Shown: positions 50,195 through 63,395 of the stretch, piece by piece
Position numbering within the stretch: the stretch's first letter is position 1
Layout: each line of letters opens with the position of its first letter
Assembly (NCBI RefSeq): GCF_964355755.1
Contig: NC_092677.1
Span: 5,168,101 to 5,232,100, forward strand
DNA length: 64,000 bases
Direction: 5' to 3'
Origin: Antedon mediterranea
Taxonomy: Eukaryota > Animalia > Echinodermata
Translations under genes and position numbers: made by a program
The notes under the pieces: model-generated
Told to the model about the DNA's origin: nothing
The model's database searches: none
The model's input: only the letters and a program-made list of their open reading frames with translations

Positions 50195-50525
50195 TATTCA
50201 AAGCGTCATTTCGATGACACCGCCGCCACACCCCTTAGTTACGCTTCCCCCTCCCTGCACACAGCATTGTTTGTATGATTCAACAATGTCAGAAAGAATG
50301 TGAAAAAGGCATCTGCTAGCTAGGATATTATGGCAGTAATTGGTAGTAGTAGGAGGCAGCCTTGGTCTAGGTATAAAGTGAGTGGATTATTGAACATCAT
50401 CATCATTTTATCTTTTTAGGGTGCTAGTAGGCCACTGCACTTTCGCAATCTCTCGAGCTTACCCATTTAAAAACAGGATCTCCTAAAAACATTCTGCGCG
50501 ACGGCGGTGATGATGAGAGGCGACC

Positions 50526-53500
50526 ATGCAGAACCTCTGTTTGATAGTAGGCCTAGTCTAGAATAGGCCTTCTACTAGTACTAGGGCTAGGCTTAGCTAC
50601 GTACTAGCTAGGCTAATAGAGGGTGTGTGACCGAAACGGCCGCCGACTGCAACGGCCGCCAACATTTTCTATGGGACGCCAATACCGCCTGGCCTATACT
50701 GACTGTATGACCGGTTGGGCCGCTGACAGGTTGAGCCGCCGCTAGTTTCTATGAAACGCCCAACGCGTCTTTTACTATATGTTATGATTCAGATACAAAC
50801 GTGCAAAAAAGTAACGTATAACATTTGGCGCCTAACATTTTATTGTTTTTCAAGGTTTTAACAGTTAATCTAATACAATCTAAATGTATAATTACATACT
50901 GTAGGCCTACTTCATTTTGTTGTTTTTATCAAAGTAAAGTATACAGGTTTATTGTTTTTACCAGTTAATCTAATACAATAAAATATATAAAATTATATAA
51001 TTAATGTACAATTTCGTTTTTTTATCATAGCAAAGTATAGTATACAATTTACAAAAAGGTTCAAATAGTTAATCTACAATCAAATACATAACTACTTAAC
51101 CTACAATTGTGTTGTTTTTATCATAGAATAATATAAATTTATTATAAATACTGTAATGATATATTATTTTTCACAATTTCTTATTTTCTAGCTACAGTAC
51201 TTTAATCATACATACAAGTTTACACAGATACACAAGTTCAAGACCTGAAGATTTTTTGTGGTATCGGTGGTACTTTAACATGTTCCAACATTTCAATTTA
51301 CAAAAGAATTGCTTTACCTGATTAGGGAACCCTAACCCTATATTGTATTTTATATATAAACATTATTTCAATTTTATTTCCACAATATAATAAAATACAT
51401 AGATAAATGCAATGAAGTGATTATGTGGGGGAGAGTCATATAACAACTTTAAGTTTGACCCACCCCGAAATATAACATTGAATACGAAAAAGAAAAAAAA
51501 TATACATAAACTAATAATAAATAAAAGAAAACAAAACTACAATTTCTATTTAAACCATATTATCCGATCTTAACTGGTCTTATAGCATTTATATATTTAA
51601 CGTTCATCATATCTTAAAAGTAAATAGTTCTTGTATACTAATTTAAATCTAAACATATTATTATGTACTTATTAGGTGTTTTCAACAATATTACGATTTT
51701 AATAAAAAATAATTAGCACCAATTAGCCTAAGAAACCTAACTAAACATAACCAAATATATTTATTTTTTACCGTATAAAATGTTAATACGTAATATTTAT
51801 TGTTTTCCGAGAACAATTTATAAAATATATGAATGAAAATAAATATATATAGGCCCTATATAAATTATCTATTATCTTATTTACAGAATTAAAATTAAAT
51901 TTAATATTTATAAATATAATGAAACAATCACGATTTTTAATCTCGTTATTTAATTTTGGTTACACAGTATTATTTTTTTTTAAATATCTCTGTACTATAC
52001 TGTATATACCGTAGTACAGTGATTTTTTTAAATTTATGTGACAAACATTAGTATTTCAATGACAAAAGTTTAAGAATATTTAATTTTAACAATTAGACAG
52101 ACCTACTTTACATACAGTACTTTCACAATGTGTCGAACATCACTATTAAACTTGTTAGGTCGTAAATTATAATATAAAACAACGAGCACCGCCGATAGCG
52201 TGCAATTGGCGTTTCATAGAAAATAACGTTATTCTGGCGGCAGCTCAACTTGGTGGCGGCTCAACTTGGCCTAATCCGTCTGTAGGCCTTGGCCCTAAGG
52301 CCCACCCTAGAGTGTAATATACTGTAGGCCTGCACTACGGTACTACAAAATTACTACAAGGGCTGGCCTATAGAAACGTGTAAACTGACTGATTTTTGCA
52401 GATTAATAATTCAATAAAACTGTTCTATTTCAGTGTTTTGTAGCTGTGTATTATTTTGTAATCTATTTTGGTATGGTAAATGGTAAGTTGATTGATCATG
52501 ATTGTTATTTAAAATTTTTTTTTTTTTTAAATTTTTTTTTATGTAGAAAAAAATGTGTATTATCTATTTATCGTCACCGTCCTATACTGTACTAGTGTAA
52601 ATAGGCATTTACAAAGAATTTTGTTTCAAAATTGCTTGAAACAAATAGTTTATAGTCAACTCTATTATACACAGTAGTTAAAAAACATCCGTTAGGCAAA
52701 AACAGCTTGATGTCCGACAACCATTTTTAATGGATATAATATCTAAATTACAGACTTCTAAGGCATTTTTTCTTCAGGTTACAGTACGCCATTTATTAGT
52801 ATATTTTTGTATTAAAAATAAGTGCAATTTCCATGAACCTAGCATGGTGGGTCTGAGGTAAACACCCCATCACACCTCCAAATATTTATGATACTTTCCA
52901 AAACTGCGTGATTCGTGAACAGATTTCTACTAGAATGTAATTTACAATAAAAAAAAACAAATACCGGTAGCTAAATTAAGTAAAAACTCATTTTTCACAA
53001 GCATTTTTTCATTTATTTTCAAAAAGTAAAAATGACTTTGCATGCATAATAAGTTAAAACAGGCCAACAAAACCCAACTACAGTAATAATTAATAGTGGG
53101 TGTGCAAAATGAGCGCAGTTTGAATGAGCATTTTTTTTACTCTAAATCATAATTCTTTGCTGTTCCTAACTGTATTTTCACTCTAATTATTATTTAACAT
53201 ACCATGTACAGTAGGCAAGCCCATCAACCATCTAGAAGTGTATTGTTAAATAAACTCATGATTTGGTATTTTCAGAAGCTCATGGTCAGTTGGTGACAAC
53301 TTCTGACCAGATAGCCAAGGAAGGTGATGCTGAAGTAGTGATAACTTGTGATTATTCACAATTTACTTCTACTGCACCACTTGCAGTACAATGGGATGAA
53401 CTAGATGAAAATGGAACAAGCACTAACATTGTAAATTATCTGAAGATAGAAAATGGCCGTTTTAAATTAAACAAAACACATGAGAAAGCCGAATTGCTGA

Positions 53501-56500
53501 TCTCACAGCCAATGCGATCTGATTCTAAACGAATATTTAAGTGCGAAGTACAAGAAAAATATTGGAATATTGAACCATCAAATCCAGCAACTCTAACTGT
53601 ATATTGTGAGTTTAACAGGTTAAATTTATATACTCGTACATTAATGACACCTATGCTTGTTTATTAATTGGTTGATTTTTTGTCTTTTTATTTTAATGTT
53701 AATTTTAGTTCCATTCTAATAGAAAAATTATCTTCAATACTTCTATCCAACATAAGCATAGAGAGCATACTCTTCATTGCTTTGTTCCATTGCCAAAATC
53801 TAAAATCTTTTGCATACATTAATTATGAGGAAATACCTCGAATAAATTTTCTTTATACATTTCATTCAGCACATACATACTGAATGTGAGTATTTAGCTG
53901 GTGTTAGAATCAAACTAAATCACTGTTAAAGTCACTGTAACAAAATAATGTATTATTTTAACTTGGTTGAAAGTTAAATAGCCTGTGAAAAACACTATAT
54001 TCAGTCGGCCAAAAACAGTACATGGCATTTTGTTACTGTATGATATCTTGCAAGGGTGAATATGTTTTTTGCACGTTAATTTATGTACAATGTTTTTCTC
54101 AGACTTAGGGCGCGTTTATACAACACACTATTACACGCATATTCAACACGCCTACGAGAAGTGTGTTGTATAACACCGAAGAGATTCCGTGTAATGAGAT
54201 TTTAATTGCAAAAAAGGCTACTTGGCTGAATCCTAAAATGTTGTGGATTCCCGGTTGCTGTTGGAAGTGTCCTCAGGGTATTGTTTTGACCTCTCGTTAA
54301 ATATAAGTATGTGCTGTGAAAATGTTGACCAAATCTAGTAGATAATTGTGCTTTTTTTGCATATTTTAACTGATTTAGCACTTAACATTAACGCTAATTA
54401 ATGTTGGCATAATTTGGAAAAATGTAGCATAGTTTTATCCTAATTCTAAAACATTATTTTTTTTATTTCAAAAGCAGATTTAAAAAATCAATAACTGAAT
54501 AAACTAAATTTTAAACGAAATCATCCATTTTATTAAAATCCTTAATAAACTAATATTAATTCATAATGCATGCGAGTATATATACATTACAACTTAGGAT
54601 TATGGTATAAATAACACGGTATTACGATTTAATGTATAACTGCAAGGTTTTTGTGGGGTTGATCTTGGCCCGTGCAACACGCTAAAAATTAAAGAAGTGT
54701 TCAACAAGCACTGTCTATGAAGGTCAATCAGTGACCTTTACCTGTAGTAAATCTGCATAAAAGAATAAATATATACATACAATGATTTAACAACATTTAT
54801 GATTTTTACTCTGGAAAATCTATTCTTAAAATACAATTTATATTTTCTTCCTTTTAATAATCAGACTTGGATCAACCACTTCTTGATGCCTCAGCAAGTA
54901 CTGTCTATGAAGGTCAATCAGTGACCTTTACCTGTAGTATACCTGATGGTGATCCTATTCCTCACATTACTTGGTATATAGATGGACAGACAGTCAACAC
55001 CAACAACCCTTCTAGATATGAGATTACCAATAACCGTACAGGGTCAATTCTTAAGATTAAATCAGTTACTGGAGAGGATGATTCAGGGAGATATACATGT
55101 AAAGCAGAAAGTGATCAGTTTAAAGGAGATGCTAAGACAAGTGTTGGAAAACAGTTGAATATAATTGTATATTGTATGTACAAAGTTAACTTTGGAGAAT
55201 AAATCAATAATTTATCAATATTAAATCAATATTATTTTCATATGAATGATACACACATGCATTATGTGGTCAATATTACTACAAAAAATGGTTTTATGAA
55301 ACATTGTTATCATATCTTTGTCTGCTATAAAACAATGATTCAATTAATGTAAAATTGTTTTAATTTATGCCTTTTTTAGATATTAATGTTACATATGAAT
55401 ATAAAAGTGGTTTAGCAACATGTACAGCAGAGGGCCATCCTAAGCCATCATCAGTATTGATATTACAAGATGGAGAAGTGGTTAAGGAAGGAAACAACAC
55501 AGCAACCATAGAAATTAATGATGAGATATGTCAAACAAATCTTATATGTTATACAGAGAATGAAAAGCTAAATAAAACAATGACACTACAGAACTGTACA
55601 GAAGGTATACCAAATGTTTTACAGATAGTTTTAGATATTTACTTTAATGTTCCTCAATTTAAAAACTAAGACAATTTTAAGATCAAGGTCTCTGACCCAT
55701 ACCATCTTTTAAATTCGTCTGCAAATAAGCTTCCGTCTAGAGGTTCAAATGTAGATCTAAGTAATATTTTCCACTGATAAAATCTCATAACATTTGAGCT
55801 TGACATAATGTGTAATTCTATTGATTCAAATATTTGTGTTAAATCATCAAATGTTAATAAGGGTAGACCCTTGCAATCTAACATGGTTGACAACAGTTTA
55901 GTTGGTAATATGGTAGCGTCAATAGTATTAGATACTTTTAGTAGTTTAAGTAAGGAATGTTAGCAATATTATTACCAAGCTTCCTAACAAGACCAGTCCC
56001 TTAGATCCCATCCCTACATGGATATGAAAGAGTTGTGCTGACGTTTTATTGCTTGCCATTTCCAAAATTTCTTTGTCGGGCTGTAATTACACCTTTGATT
56101 AAGAAATCAAAATTAAACCCAGATGTTTTAAAGAATTATCGTCCAGTCTCTGAGGCTGTGTTCGGACGTAAAATCAGTTAAATGTGTAACATTACATGTG
56201 TAGTCAGTGATCGTTCGGACGATGAACAATTTACATGCGTAAACTAACCCAGCAGGGTCATATTTCATGCATCTCTTTACACTATTAAGGTCAAATTGCT
56301 CCTTATCTTGCCGTTAATCAGCTTGTGGTTTAAGGTGTAAGTGAAAAATCCACCTCATGAAACAGCAAGTTTATCTCAAAATTTACACAACACGCGACCA
56401 TTGCACATGTAAATTTGTTCCGTCCAAACGGGCTCCAACCTTCCTACCTTAGGTAAGATTATAGAGTATCCAGCCATTTCCTGCTTTAAGAGACGCATTA

Positions 56501-59500
56501 AAGATAATAACCTTAATGAAACATATCACAGGCCCGTAGCCAGGGGGGGGGGGGGTTTATGGTTCGGGCGAATCCCCCCTTTACAGCGAACCCCCCTTAA
56601 CCAACTGCGAACCCCCATCCCCGACTGCGAACCCCCATCCCCGACATGCCCAATACCTCACCCTCATCTCCAAAAATCCTCCAAATACGTGCCCCACAGT
56701 ACAAAAAGTTGTTTGTAAATTGAAAAATTCGTAAACTTGTTCGTGAACCTTCTTCTCTGTATGAGCGTCAACTAGTGATACGTGTCTGTAAATTTCGAAA
56801 AGCTGCAAATGAATTGCCGATTTTAACCTGAAAAATAAATGTTTGGTCCCTGCATGTAACATGATATTGACGCGTCTCATAGCGAGCTGGCGCACGAACG
56901 ATTCGTACAAAGGACACCGCCAGACAACTGCGTACCTATAATTGTTTAGATCACTGGCAGTCAGGCAGCATGCATAAAGTATATAGCCTTCCGACGTACA
57001 TCAGTATTTATGTGTGACTATGAAGTATAATGTATCATAGAGGATTATAGTGAATATTAATATTTTACACTATAATATCTATGGTATCAAGTACTGACGT
57101 AGTTCACATTATGGCATCCGATTATTTTTTTCTAGACCACCAGCCGATACGTACTAAAATGTATCACTATCACCTATTTACATATTTATATTCCTCAACA
57201 AATTGCTGTAAATAAATATTATAGATAGAGCTAGCAAATAGTATTTGCCTTCACCCAGTGTGCTTTTTTCGGGGCTGCTCCTAGATATACGTTCGCATTG
57301 AACTTGAACGCAAAACAAAATACGGAGTAAATGATCAAACAATCGGCGGTTCCGCACAGAGCACGCGCATCTAACATACGGCAACAAATAGTTAACGTCA
57401 TTTAAATTATCGACGTGTTTGAGGAGGAGGAAAAAAGTATGATCTTTTTGCTCATTGGTTATATAGCATGCTGCACGAAAGTGTCTTTTCCGGCCATCTA
57501 GGGGTGTCATTTAACAAAATTCGCTTCGCATCAGGCTGGGTGAGGGGGGGGGGGTTGACCCAAATATTTAGTGTCCGAACCCCCCCTTGACAGATCCTGG
57601 CTACGGCCCTGTATCAGTCGGCATATAATCGTTTCATAGTACGGAAACTGCTCTATTACGCATTAAAAGTGACATGTTAATGGAGCTTTATAAAGGGAGA
57701 TCTATTTATTAGTTTTGCTAGATTTATCCTCTGCATTTGACACGATAGATCACAACATCAGTTGTGTGCAGAGGGAATTTGGCATTACTGGTTCTCTGCT
57801 TTAGATTGAGTAACTAGCTGAAATAACATCAGGACCGTTATAAAATAGTTTGTTTACTTGGTGAATACTCTACAAACCATGATTTGCAGTACGGTGTTCC
57901 TCATGAGTCCATTGTTGGACCTTTAATTTTCACTGTGTATGCTTAACCTATCGCTGCACTGGTTGCCTGTCTAGCAGAGAATTGAGTAAGATATTAGTGC
58001 ATGTGTGTACAATTCTCTCCATGACCTGGACCCTGACTGTGTAATTTGATCTCAAAATACCACTTTGGTATAGGATATTACTGTCTTACCATTCCTAAAA
58101 CTATGGTGGTCTTTTGGTGATAAGTCATTTTCTGTTCTGGGTCTCGATTGTGGAATTTCCTACCTGATTGGGTTCGTGAGGCTTCTATTATGTGCAATAT
58201 TTTAGGAAACAACTTAAAAACACATCTTTTTCCAAAACTTTTGTAATTTTGTATATTTTTATAGTATTTTCAATGCCAGTTGTAATATTTTTGATTATAT
58301 TTAAAATGATTGTATATAAGATTTATATTTTTGTACAGCGCTTTGGTCTCTGGGAAAAGCGCTATATAAACAAGAAAGCCACTCCGAGAGTGCATATACC
58401 TCCGCCTACCTCCTACATAAGATTTCTCAGGGCGGTAATATATATTTGTGTGTCTAATGCTGTGTGTGATTTAGGCTAATTTCACTACAAGCATTTTTAT
58501 GCGAATTTGGTGTAATGGTTATGTATCCAGCCTTTCAACTAACAATAGTATCAATTGACTAACAATAGAACAGCAACGGCAAAAACAAACGGGTGAATTT
58601 TTAAAAAAAAATAAATTAAATCAAATCAAGTTTTAAAATTACAAATCACAAATTATAACTCTTACCTACAAAAAGGAAGTTTTTAAAAGTAGTTCTCGAG
58701 AAAATGTAATTTAAGTCCTATCTTTTAACACTAGCAGGTGTGAAAATTATACTAAAAAGTGGTCCAGAATTGGGACTGTGGTCCCAAAATTTAATGGAAT
58801 GGTCATTGACCACATATCTCTCTGTATTTTCATTTGGTAAAGATCTTGAAGTTGTAATTACTTTTTGAGTAAATAATAAAATCAACCAAAAACACATTGG
58901 CTGACAATCAATTTGACTATTTTTTGCTTTAAATTACACTTTTTGAAGGTAAATAAATTTGTTTTGATTCAATTTTTGGTCAAAGTTATTATGTGAAAAG
59001 CCATATTAAAAAAAAAATTGTTTTAAGAATTATTTTTTTAGGAGGAGAATAATGGCTGTTGAATGTGTTTCACAGGCCTGGTTTGTCAGCCAAATTTGCA
59101 ATGCTAATGGGTTTTTTTTATGATTACTGGTGCAACCAACTGGCATTAAAATACATAAGTTATAATATTCTATCAAATGTATTCTTGTTCAGGACTAGTA
59201 GTATCTAGGAATTTTCTTTCCCAACAATTTTTTGTGAACTTTCGTACTATATTATAACACTTTCAATTTCTAGTAGTATAGATGTGCTTTGTCACATGCT
59301 CCACTACTGTATTACTATTAGACATTTCCAATTTGAGAAAATTTAGGAGAATAACCTATAATATTAAACCTCACTAACAATAGTGAAGTACATTACTTAC
59401 TGTAAAAGACATTACATTACATGATTCAATCATTTGTATTTGATGTTATGGGGTTTTACTTTTCTTTACTTTTTCATGGAATTTTCTTTTTTTTTCTTCC

Positions 59501-62500
59501 CCACCCCCTTTTTTTGTTTGTAGTTTTTTGCATTAAAACCATATTTCCTTGTTAAAAAACCTGTATTTCCTGACTTCCTTATTCAATTTCTTATGAGGTG
59601 AATTTACAACGGAACCTTTCACATTGTTTACAGTACATCATAGTAGGCCTAGTGTATTATTACCTCCGCCAAGGAGGTTATGTTTTCACCCTTGTGTGTT
59701 TGTGTGTGTGTCTGTGAACAGTCTGGAGGCCACAGTTTTTATCCGATTCTTACTAAATTTGGCCACAATTATCTATGCCTCAAAAGCTCGGACGAGTTCG
59801 AATTTGAGGGGAAAAGGTCATAGGTCAAGGTCACAACTAACAAAAAACTATTTTACTGCCTAGAGACCACAGTTTTTATCCAATTCTCACCAAACTTAGC
59901 CACAATGATCAATGACTCATCATATAATTGTGGTTAAATTTTGAAGGGTCAGGGTCAAAGATCAAGGTCCACAAAAAACAAAAACAAAAAAGAAATAAAA
60001 AAAATAATAATAATAAAAAAACCTCAGTGGGACTTGAACCAGCAATCTCAACTGTGAGAGGCTGGATACATAACCATTACACCAAACTCTCATCCACAAC
60101 TTTGTAGTGTGCAGTTAGCCTATTTACACTTAGAACTAATAAATAAAAAATATATATATATATAGTTCCGGGGACATTTTATGAATGGGAATTTTACAGT
60201 AGGCGGAGGTTTATACTCTCTAGTTTACAGATATTAGGCACACACTAGTAAAATACTTTTAACCAGTGTTTCAAATCATATAGTATGTATCATATAGTAC
60301 GGCAGTATGTAAATTTTTCCTTTTTTAAAATTCAAGCAATAGTTTACTTCCAAAGAAAGTTTCTTATACAATTTTAATGAATATGGTAATTGAAATGCAT
60401 ATCATAATTTATTAGGTATTTCAGAAGGTTTAGGATCATTCTACATCATCCTGATTGTTTTGGTTTGTGTTGCCTTGTTGCTATGGTTACTGCTTCTTGT
60501 TTGTAAGTAAATACTGTAGTAATTATTATTTTAATAAATTTACATCCATTTGTATTTAATTTTCTTTTTTAAGTACAAATTTATTTAATATATATTTATA
60601 ATAATTTTCATAATATTACTTTATTATAATGTTGTTAATAAGTTTTTATGATCAAAAAATAAGAATAGGTGTAGAATTATACAAATTGTACTTTTTATTT
60701 TAGATTTTATTCTTTACAAGAATATTGAGTGGAGCAATACAGATATTGATACAGTGACAGTTGAAGGTGGTAAACCAGTTGAGATGAGTTGGAAATACCG
60801 TCCAAGTATTGCAAGGTTCAAGACAGTTGAAATAAGGAAAGACAACAAGGTGCTTGGTTCAAATCAAAAGCAATTCAGTAGTTGGAAAACAGTCTGTCAG
60901 TTTGCCTGTTATTGCTGTCTTTACTTTTGTGGATTCTTTTGTATTGAATACTGTAAGAAATCATGTAAGTTATTACATATTTTTTGTTTATCCTAAAGTA
61001 TATTAATATTTTTCATACCATTTTATTTGGTTTTTTTTTCAAATCATCAGTTGAATAATTTAATTATTTTTTATTGTATTTTTTTGGACAATAAAATGAT
61101 ATGTAAATATTGATTTCTATATTCAATTTTCAATTTATTTATTCATTTTCTTTTTTACTAAAATGTTTTAGGTACTGACTGTATTTGTCCGTTTCAATAT
61201 ATTGTATTAATGCATTAACTCTTTGTTTTATTTCATAGTTGAATACAACAATAAAGATAAAAAGAAACACAGGTGAGTTTAGGTTTTTTAACCATTGTAA
61301 CATGATGATAAGAAGTTGGGTAGCCGAGTGGTTAGGACACTTGACTGTCATACAGAGAGACCTGGGTTCAATTCCCGAAAACTCCCAGTCTACTCAGCGG
61401 TAAATGAGTACCTGGTTGAAAATACTAGAGAGGATAAGGCGGCGTGGAAAGAAACTGGCCACCCTACCACATAATGCAGAGGCTTAGTAAAATGAGCTCC
61501 TAACAGCTCATTCCTGTACGTTCAGAACTGAATACTGAACTTACCTAACATGATTACATACATTATTTTTACTTTTTAAAATTTTAATCAAAGTATGAAA
61601 AACTAGTCTCACAATAAATTTTATTTCAATTTATAATAAAAAAGCTGTTTATTATGAGTGACAATAGAGGAGTGAAGAGTATCAGATGATTGTGAATGAA
61701 AGAGAATGTCCTGATGGTACAGATGGAGGTCCTTCTTGTTGTAGTTTAATATTATTATCTTGTATTATCTTAACCCTACAGCAATGGTGATAGAAGTGGT
61801 GAAGAGAGTCGCATGAACGGCAGTGAAAGAGAAGAACCTGATGGTGCAGATGTTCCTCTTGTTGTAATCAAATCCAGTTCACCAAACCAGTCTGCAGAAA
61901 CTGAAGACACTGCTGCACTTCCTAAATCTGGAGAAACATCAAAGGTTGGTACTATGAGAATAGTATCAACTAACTTGAAAAGACCATATATGAATAATCA
62001 TCTATTGTATATCATATTGGTATATCTGTCGTATATAAATATCTACTGCCAAACCTTACTCTTAAAATGCTATGTCAATAATTAATTCTACCATTATTTT
62101 GTGGCATTAAATTATGTCTAGTTATTTTGTATGTTGATATACAGTATATTGAATTTTTTTCACTTTCCTACAAATTCTAAAATAGATAAATAAATATAGC
62201 ATATGCTTACAACGTTATGCCTAGCTATCTTGCTATTTATTTAAATTTTCTGAATTTTCTATCAATCTCAAAATCATCTTATTTTACAACTGTCAAGGCA
62301 AGAAATTACCTACCACATGAAACAACCAACAATTAATAATGTTAGAAAAGAATTGAATTATTCTACGTATTTTACTGTCAATGTGTCATATTGAAAAAAA
62401 AAAATTAAATAATTGTGTCAAACATTACAGTATTTTAAAACATTCCTAAATGTAAAATCTGTTTCCTTTTTTTTATTCAAAGACAAATCCTGTTGATGAA

Positions 62501-62537
62501 GATAGTGAACTTTTAGCAGAACATCATGAAACATCTG
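50526..62537 (+). CDS. Ig-superfamily type-I membrane receptor B (paralog of A in the ectodomain, different cytoplasmic part); 3' end not resolved in the window
   Basis: Tentative exon 50526-50546 plus 52434-52482 (signal), 53276-53605 (V-like), 54865-55173 (I/C2), 55380-55604 (third Ig), 60416-60502 (TM FYIILIVLVCVALLLWLLLLV), 60704-60964, then acidic exons ~61782-61943 and ~62483-62537 (less certain). Confidence 0.8.
50621..50689 (+). mobile_element. Solo terminal fragment of the MULE at 9418-16459
   Basis: Near-identical to the reverse complement of 16392-16459. Confidence 0.8.
50701..52280. mobile_element. Non-autonomous MULE-like element with imperfect TIRs and very AT-rich interior
   Basis: GAC...GTTGAGCCGCC...TTTCTATGAAACGCC on the left is mirrored at 52205-52280; same TIR architecture as the 9418-16459 element. 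Confidence 0.6.
56154..56434. mobile_element. Probable MITE (Harbinger-like ends)
   Basis: GGCTGTGTTCGGACG...CGTCCAAACGGGC; splits the L2 YRPVS/NLP motif. Confidence 0.45.
56529..57611. mobile_element. Non-autonomous hAT-like element with 5-bp TSD
   Basis: CAGGCCCGTAGCCAGG...CCTGGCTACGGCCCTG TIRs; TATCA duplicated at 56524-56528 and 57612-57616; subterminal CGAACCCCC motifs. Confidence 0.8.
58369..58540 (-). mobile_element. 3' end of an inverted Helentron-like copy related to 59657-60226
   Basis: Reverse complement ends GTAGGCGGAGGTATATGCACTCTCGGAGTGGCTTTCTTGTT (subTIR plus hairpin); shares the TGGTGTAATGGTTATGTATCCAGCC block. Confidence 0.55.
59657..60226 (+). mobile_element. Helentron-like (HINE) non-autonomous element
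   Basis: 5' TTATTACCTCCGCCAAGGAGGT hairpin, (GT)-rich tract and 3' subTIR GGCGGAGGT. Confidence 0.7.
61313..61545 (+). mobile_element. tRNA-derived SINE (Deu/Nin-domain-like body)
   Basis: A box TAGCCGAGTGG and B box GGTTCAATTCCC, then ACTCAGCGGTAAATGAGTACCTG; no proper acceptor stem. Confidence 0.7.
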
Positions 62538-63134
62538 GTGGGTATAAACTTTGCTATTTATTTATTTTCTTGATTACTTGTTTTAGCTTCAGGTGGAACA
62601 TGAATAGTTTATTTTTTACTTATTATTCATTCCAAAAAGTCCTGTTTCAAAAGAGTTGAATGTACTCTTACTTCAATCAATCAATCAATCAACTTAATTA
62701 TTTTTTTTTGGCTTAAGGGAGTAGTTAATAGGGGGCCAAACTCAATCAAGCAAACTATTCTGTCTCAGAAATTAAATCATTGTATTGTTGAAATTGCTAA
62801 TGAAGTACAGGTTTATTTATTTTTTTATTTTTTAGAAGTATTAATATTACAATATCTATGTTTGTTCTATCTTTATTTAAGGAGGACCCTTCAACATCGG
62901 TCATACAGTAAGAATCTTTGTTTAAAAACTTTAAAAGCGCAGTAGCATGCACAAAAAAATGTTTGAATATTGTTATAGCTAAGTTATGCAATCACAATTT
63001 CTATGACAATAATTGTGTAGAGATATGCATCAATTCTGAAGCATTTATAGAAAATATAATCTGTGTCTATCTAGATTCCAGTATTAAAATTAAGTTTTTT
63101 TTAAACATGTGAATATAATAATCCAAGCAATGTT

Positions 63135-63395
63135 GATTCAAGTGGTTATGGGCTGAGTGTAAGGCCGGTGTGCCGCAAAATAAAATATGTTCTTCATTGG
63201 TAAGAATTAGTCTTCTTGGACTGGATGTCCTGTTTACAAACCTGGTTTGTGAGAACCCAGTGCATCCCAGTAGTGGTTACCCCATTGTACTTGGCCATCT
63301 ACCCCTGTTTCACTTGTACACAATTTAGCCCAGTTACGCTGCAAGCTGGTATTTAGCACTTAGAGGTTTCATGACATCAGGCGCTTTATTAGTCC
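63135..63395 (+). mobile_element. Degenerate SINE-like relic
   Basis: CAAGTGGTTA A-box remnant and L2-type tail AGCACTTAGAG...AGGCGCTTTA. Confidence 0.35.

Larger units (their letters stand above)
55650..58370 (+). mobile_element. Degenerate L2-like LINE, interrupted by two DNA-element insertions
   Basis: Relic motifs NYRPVS/NLP, YQSAY..HSTETALL, LDLSSAFDTIDH and YGVPHESIVGPLIF; 3' end CAGCGCTTT...AAAGCGCTATATAAA. Confidence 0.75.

Noticed and set aside
61313-61385. Functional tRNA-Asp gene
   Set aside because: Stems do not pair properly and it runs into a SINE-like body
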